This document shows, in pieces, positions 9,061 through 12,425 of a stretch of DNA of 12,425 nucleotides. The DNA is from Octopus sinensis. Lineage: Eukaryota. Each line of letters begins with the position of its first letter. Position 1 is the first letter of the stretch. The notes beneath the pieces were generated by a model that was not told where the DNA came from, made no database searches, and worked only from the letters and a program-made list of their open reading frames with translations. Both the position numbers and the translations under genes were made by a program. The stretch spans positions 1 through 12,425 of the forward strand of contig NW_021826578.1 in NCBI RefSeq assembly GCF_006345805.1, written 5' to 3'.

Positions 9061-9429
9061 TAAGCCGTAGAGATTCTCAGCCAATTTGGCAAACATGTAC
9101 GTCACACATATAAATATAATCAACGTTTTACTGTTTTTACATAATTCTTTCTTACTCTTCTTTTTCTCTCTTTCTTTCTTTCTTGTTTGAAATTTAAATT
9201 TTCAAGAAATTACTCTGAAGTCATTAATTAAGAAGTAATTAATGTGGTTCAAATTTTTTTCGTTCCATCTCACTCTTTTCCTTGGCCTTACCACCCTCCC
9301 GTTCTGGCTCTTGCCAACGTCTCTCTCGCTCACTTGAACATTCGTTGCTCTTCCCGACAACTTCTAATGTTTTGCTCTTATCTTCTAATTCTGTCTGTCT
9401 GTCTGTCAGTCAGTCTGTGTTTGTTTATA

Positions 9430-9471
9430 TCCATATATACATACAAACATACATACCTGTATATATAGATA

Positions 9472-9505
<34 letters not shown>

Positions 9506-9850
9506 TAATACATACATACATGCATACATACGGACACATGTATGTACACATATTTATATATATATATACATATATTATATATTTTATATATATATTTATT
9601 ATATATATATTATATATGCAATATGTAAATATATATATTTATATATATAGATATATATATATATATTATATTATATACATACACATACACATTATAACAT
9701 TATATATATAGTATATATGTAATATATGCATATATTAATACATACATGAATTCATAAACATACGCATACCAATATATAATATATACACATATACATATTC
9801 ATATTCTTATATATATATATATGAGTGAAAGTGTATGTATATATGTGTGC
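9430..9850. repeat. Degenerate (TA)n/(TACA)n microsatellite complex
   Basis: Visible directly. Confidence 0.95.
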
Positions 9851-10013
9851 ATGTCAACATCACTGAATCCCCAAGCATTTTCGATCTCCCACCCACTCCC
9901 TTGCCCACCCCATTCCTGACCCCCCCCCCCTTCCGCCTTTTTTTCTCGGTTTTATTTTTTTGTTTTCTTTACTGAAGAACGAAAACCGATGTTCATTATT
10001 GTTTTTGTCTCAG

Positions 10014-10066
10014 GAAATTACTTCAATCAAGACGCTGTTATAGAAATTAAAGATGGCCGTCCATAA
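10014..10066 (+). CDS. Candidate terminal coding exon, phase 1: (x)NYFNQDAVIEIKDGRP*
   Basis: Strong acceptor TTCATTATTGTTTTTGTCTCAG. Phase is compatible with the 7982-8044 candidate. TAA at 10064-10066. No homology recognised. Confidence 0.3.
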
Positions 10067-10209
10067 CACGGAATTAACGTTGCAAATATAAAGGTTACGC
10101 GTGTCAAGCTCTTAATCCGGAATTTGCTTTCATCAGTTGATCAACGAGAGATTCGACAATGGACTAAACATTGTTGATAGTCGTGTTTTTCTTTCTTTCT
10201 TTCTTTTTG

Positions 10210-10680
10210 TTAATGTTGTTGTTGTTGTTGCTATATTGTTCTCGTTGTTGTTGTTGCTGTTGTTGTTATTGGTGCTTTCGCTGTTGCTACTCCTCTTTTT
10301 TGATATTAATAATCTCGCTTTCGCTCTTCTGACTTTCGTCTTCTTCTTCTTCTTCTTCTTCTTCTTCTTCTTCTTCTTCTTCTTCTTCTTTTCTTTTCTT
10401 CTTCTTCTTCTTCTTCTTCTACTTCTTCGTTGTCGTCGTCGTTGTCTTGTTGTTCTTCGTATTAATATTACCACCACCACCACCACCACCACCACCACCA
10501 TCATCACCATCACTCATCATCATCATCATCGTCTTCGTTATAGTTATTATCATCATCATTATTGTTGTTGTTATTATTATCATCATCATTATTATTATTA
10601 TCATCATCATCATCATCGTCATCATCATTGTCATTATCATTACTGATGGTTTCACTGATGTTGGTGTTGCTGTTGTTGTA
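10210..10680. repeat. Compound trinucleotide tract (TTG, TTC, ACC, CAT/TAT)
   Basis: (TTC)n at about 10339-10428, (ACC)n at about 10470-10499, then CAT/TAT blocks. Confidence 0.95.
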
Positions 10681-10816
10681 CAGGTCGAAGAGTTAATGCA
10701 AGAACAATAACGAACAGATCGATAAATGCACAAGAAAGATAGCGAACGGGAGAGAGGCAGAGGTTAACAATATAGATGGCATTACAGCGGAGTTTTGTTT
10801 CGAAAACGAGAAAGAG

Positions 10817-11095
10817 GCACACACACACACACGCGCACGCATGCACATGCAACCCCCCCCCACACACACACAGACACGCACACACATGCAGGCACACACA
10901 CACAGACACGCAGGCACAGACACGCACACACATGCAGGCACACACACGCATACACACACACACATGCAGACACACACACACAGACACGCAGGCACACACA
11001 CACAGACACGCACACACATGCAGGCACACACGCTTGCGCACACACATACATACGCGCGCACACACTCACGCACACGGGAACACACTCACCCACGC
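10817..11095. repeat. (CA)n-derived modular minisatellite
   Basis: Repeated modules ACACACAGACACGC and ACACACATGCAGGC. Confidence 0.9.
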
Positions 11096-11374
11096 ATATT
11101 TATGTATATATGTGTGTGTTTGTGTATTAGTGTGTGTCTGTGTGTGTATACATAGGAAGGCGCTACTTGCAAAAAGTCACCATTGCCACGAGGCTAAAGT
11201 TGTTTTTCAAAAGAAAAATGCATTTTATGAGATTTACTTCAAAATAAATAAAGCGATCAAAAGTGAAAGTAAACGGAACACTGCACAATGTTCAAGATGT
11301 TTCACTGATAAGTCAGTGTGGATACATACATGGCTCATATATATATACAAACATATGCATGCGTGTGTATGTAT

Positions 11375-11377
<3 letters not shown>

Positions 11378-11415
<38 letters not shown>
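11378..11415. repeat. (CA)n microsatellite
   Basis: Visible directly. Confidence 0.97.
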
Positions 11416-11416
<1 letters not shown>

Positions 11417-11971
11417 ACATATATAGGTATGTTTGTATATACATAAAGATATATAGACAAACATACCTACGCCATATTCATAAATATATATGTGCGAGTG
11501 TGTATATACACACTTAATTATTTAAATAAAAATGATGTGGACATATTTTCCGATTTTTGTATCGAATTTCAACCTTACACTTACACACACACACCTGCAC
11601 AGACACACACATTCAGTTTGATTTTCTAATGATTTTTTAAAATATTTTTTCTTTGTTTCCCATATTTGACCATCGTCTTAATTCTTTCCTTGTTTCTATA
11701 TGTTTTCTAAAGTTAATTTATTAGATTAATTTATGCTAAATATATATATATATATATATAAGAGATAATGGTGTCATTGAGACCCAACAGTGTCAGGTAA
11801 TGCTGAATAAGTGCTATAGACAGGCCATAGTTAAGTTCCAGATTTGGTAATATTGCGAATAAAGGGTTCAACGTTGGTTGTATGTCAGCGTGTGTATATA
11901 TGAATTTTTGTGTGTAATGAGTTAAAGAAAACCAAGGCTGTATAGATATTAGAGCATTTATAAGATAGAAG

Positions 11972-12025
11972 GTCTTACAGCTGTTTCTAGAATATTAATT
12001 AATAATAATTTCCCTTCATCGGAGA
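11972..12025 (-). ncRNA. Minimal type I hammerhead variant (core CCGAUGA)
   Basis: Minus strand reads UCU-CCGAUGA-A-GGGAAAUU...AAUAUUCU-A-GAAAC-AGCU-GUA-AGAC. U4 is replaced by C, stem II is imperfect, and stem I has only 3 bp because of truncation at the junction. Confidence 0.55.
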
Positions 12026-12061
12026 TGAAGGGATATTATTATTAACGTTTCCTCTCACATC

Positions 12062-12113
12062 GTCTCCAATAAAGGGATATTATTAATTGATATCCTAGAA
12101 ACAGCTGTAAGAC
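12062..12113 (+). ncRNA. Mutated minimal type I hammerhead (core CCAAUAA), likely inactive
   Basis: Stem I GUCU (12062-65)/AGAC (12110-13). Core CCAAUAA (G5A and G8A relative to the other arm). Stem II GGGAUAU/AUAUCCU. GAAAC at 12098-12102. Stem III palindrome ACAGCUGU. Cleavage triplet GUA. Confidence 0.55.
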
Positions 12114-12425
12114 CTTCTATCTATAAATGCTCTAATATCTATATAGCCTTGGTTTTTTTTATCTCATTACACAAAAGAAAATTCATATATATATCTAAAA
12201 TTAAATAAGGGTAGAAATTGATATTAATGAATTAAAACCAGTGGAAGAAACATAAGTTGTAAATAGTCAGGTTTAATTTATTTTGTTCGCTAGCGAAGGT
12301 ACTGTTTCACGTCATGATCTACCTACAGTCTGTCAATGTGAGAGAAAGTGACATAGGGAGAAAAAGAGAGATAGTGTTATGAGTGATCCAGCTGGCCATT
12401 TTCACATACTATGTGGAGATAAGTT

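Larger units (their letters stand above)
11895..12191. mobile_element. Head-to-head inverted repeat element with hammerhead motifs; probably Penelope-type pseudo-LTR remnants, alternatively a long-TIR MITE
   Basis: Arms 11895-~12015 and ~12073-12191 are reverse complements with few differences. Each arm contains a hammerhead-like core with palindromic stem III ACAGCUGU. Confidence 0.8.

Noticed and set aside
33-11517. The supplied ORFs (poly-T/L/Y/V/D/I/H and CVCV/YIYI/HTHT peptides)
   Set aside because: They are translations of microsatellites or SINE read-through, often open on both strands and in several frames, with no recognisable domain.
11765-11796. Short exon-like segment with donor CAG|GTAATG (NGVIETQQCQ)
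   Set aside because: The acceptor lies in a TA microsatellite without a pyrimidine tract; it is only an alternative to the 10014 candidate.
1-12425. CRISPR array, prokaryotic operon or autonomous transposon ORF
   Set aside because: No repeat-spacer array and no RT, endonuclease or transposase ORF; the composition is that of eukaryotic non-coding DNA.

Overview
Eukaryotic, AT-rich, microsatellite-saturated DNA, most likely intronic or intergenic. The repeat families resemble those I recall from Octopus genomes; this is recognition from memory, not a search result. None of the supplied ORFs is a credible gene: they are translations of simple repeats. The window holds about nine tRNA-derived SINE copies or fragments from at least four families, a probable TTAA-flanked MITE, many di- and trinucleotide microsatellites, and three weak candidate exons on the + strand. 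The main discovery is two unrelated small elements that each carry a minimal type I hammerhead ribozyme motif with a palindromic stem III, the form known from Penelope-like elements (PLEs), and each sits in a head-to-head inverted arrangement. (1) At 2193-2577 a tRNA-headed SINE with Pol III A and B boxes ends in a hammerhead with an intact core (2476-2521). It is preceded by an inverted, 5'-truncated copy of its own tail, and the whole unit is flanked by an 11/12 bp target-site duplication. (2) At 11895-12191 a large inverted repeat that looks like a MITE has a hammerhead variant in each arm. Together these suggest non-autonomous, ribozyme-bearing retroelements mobilised by PLE machinery, including a possible PLE-dependent SINE.
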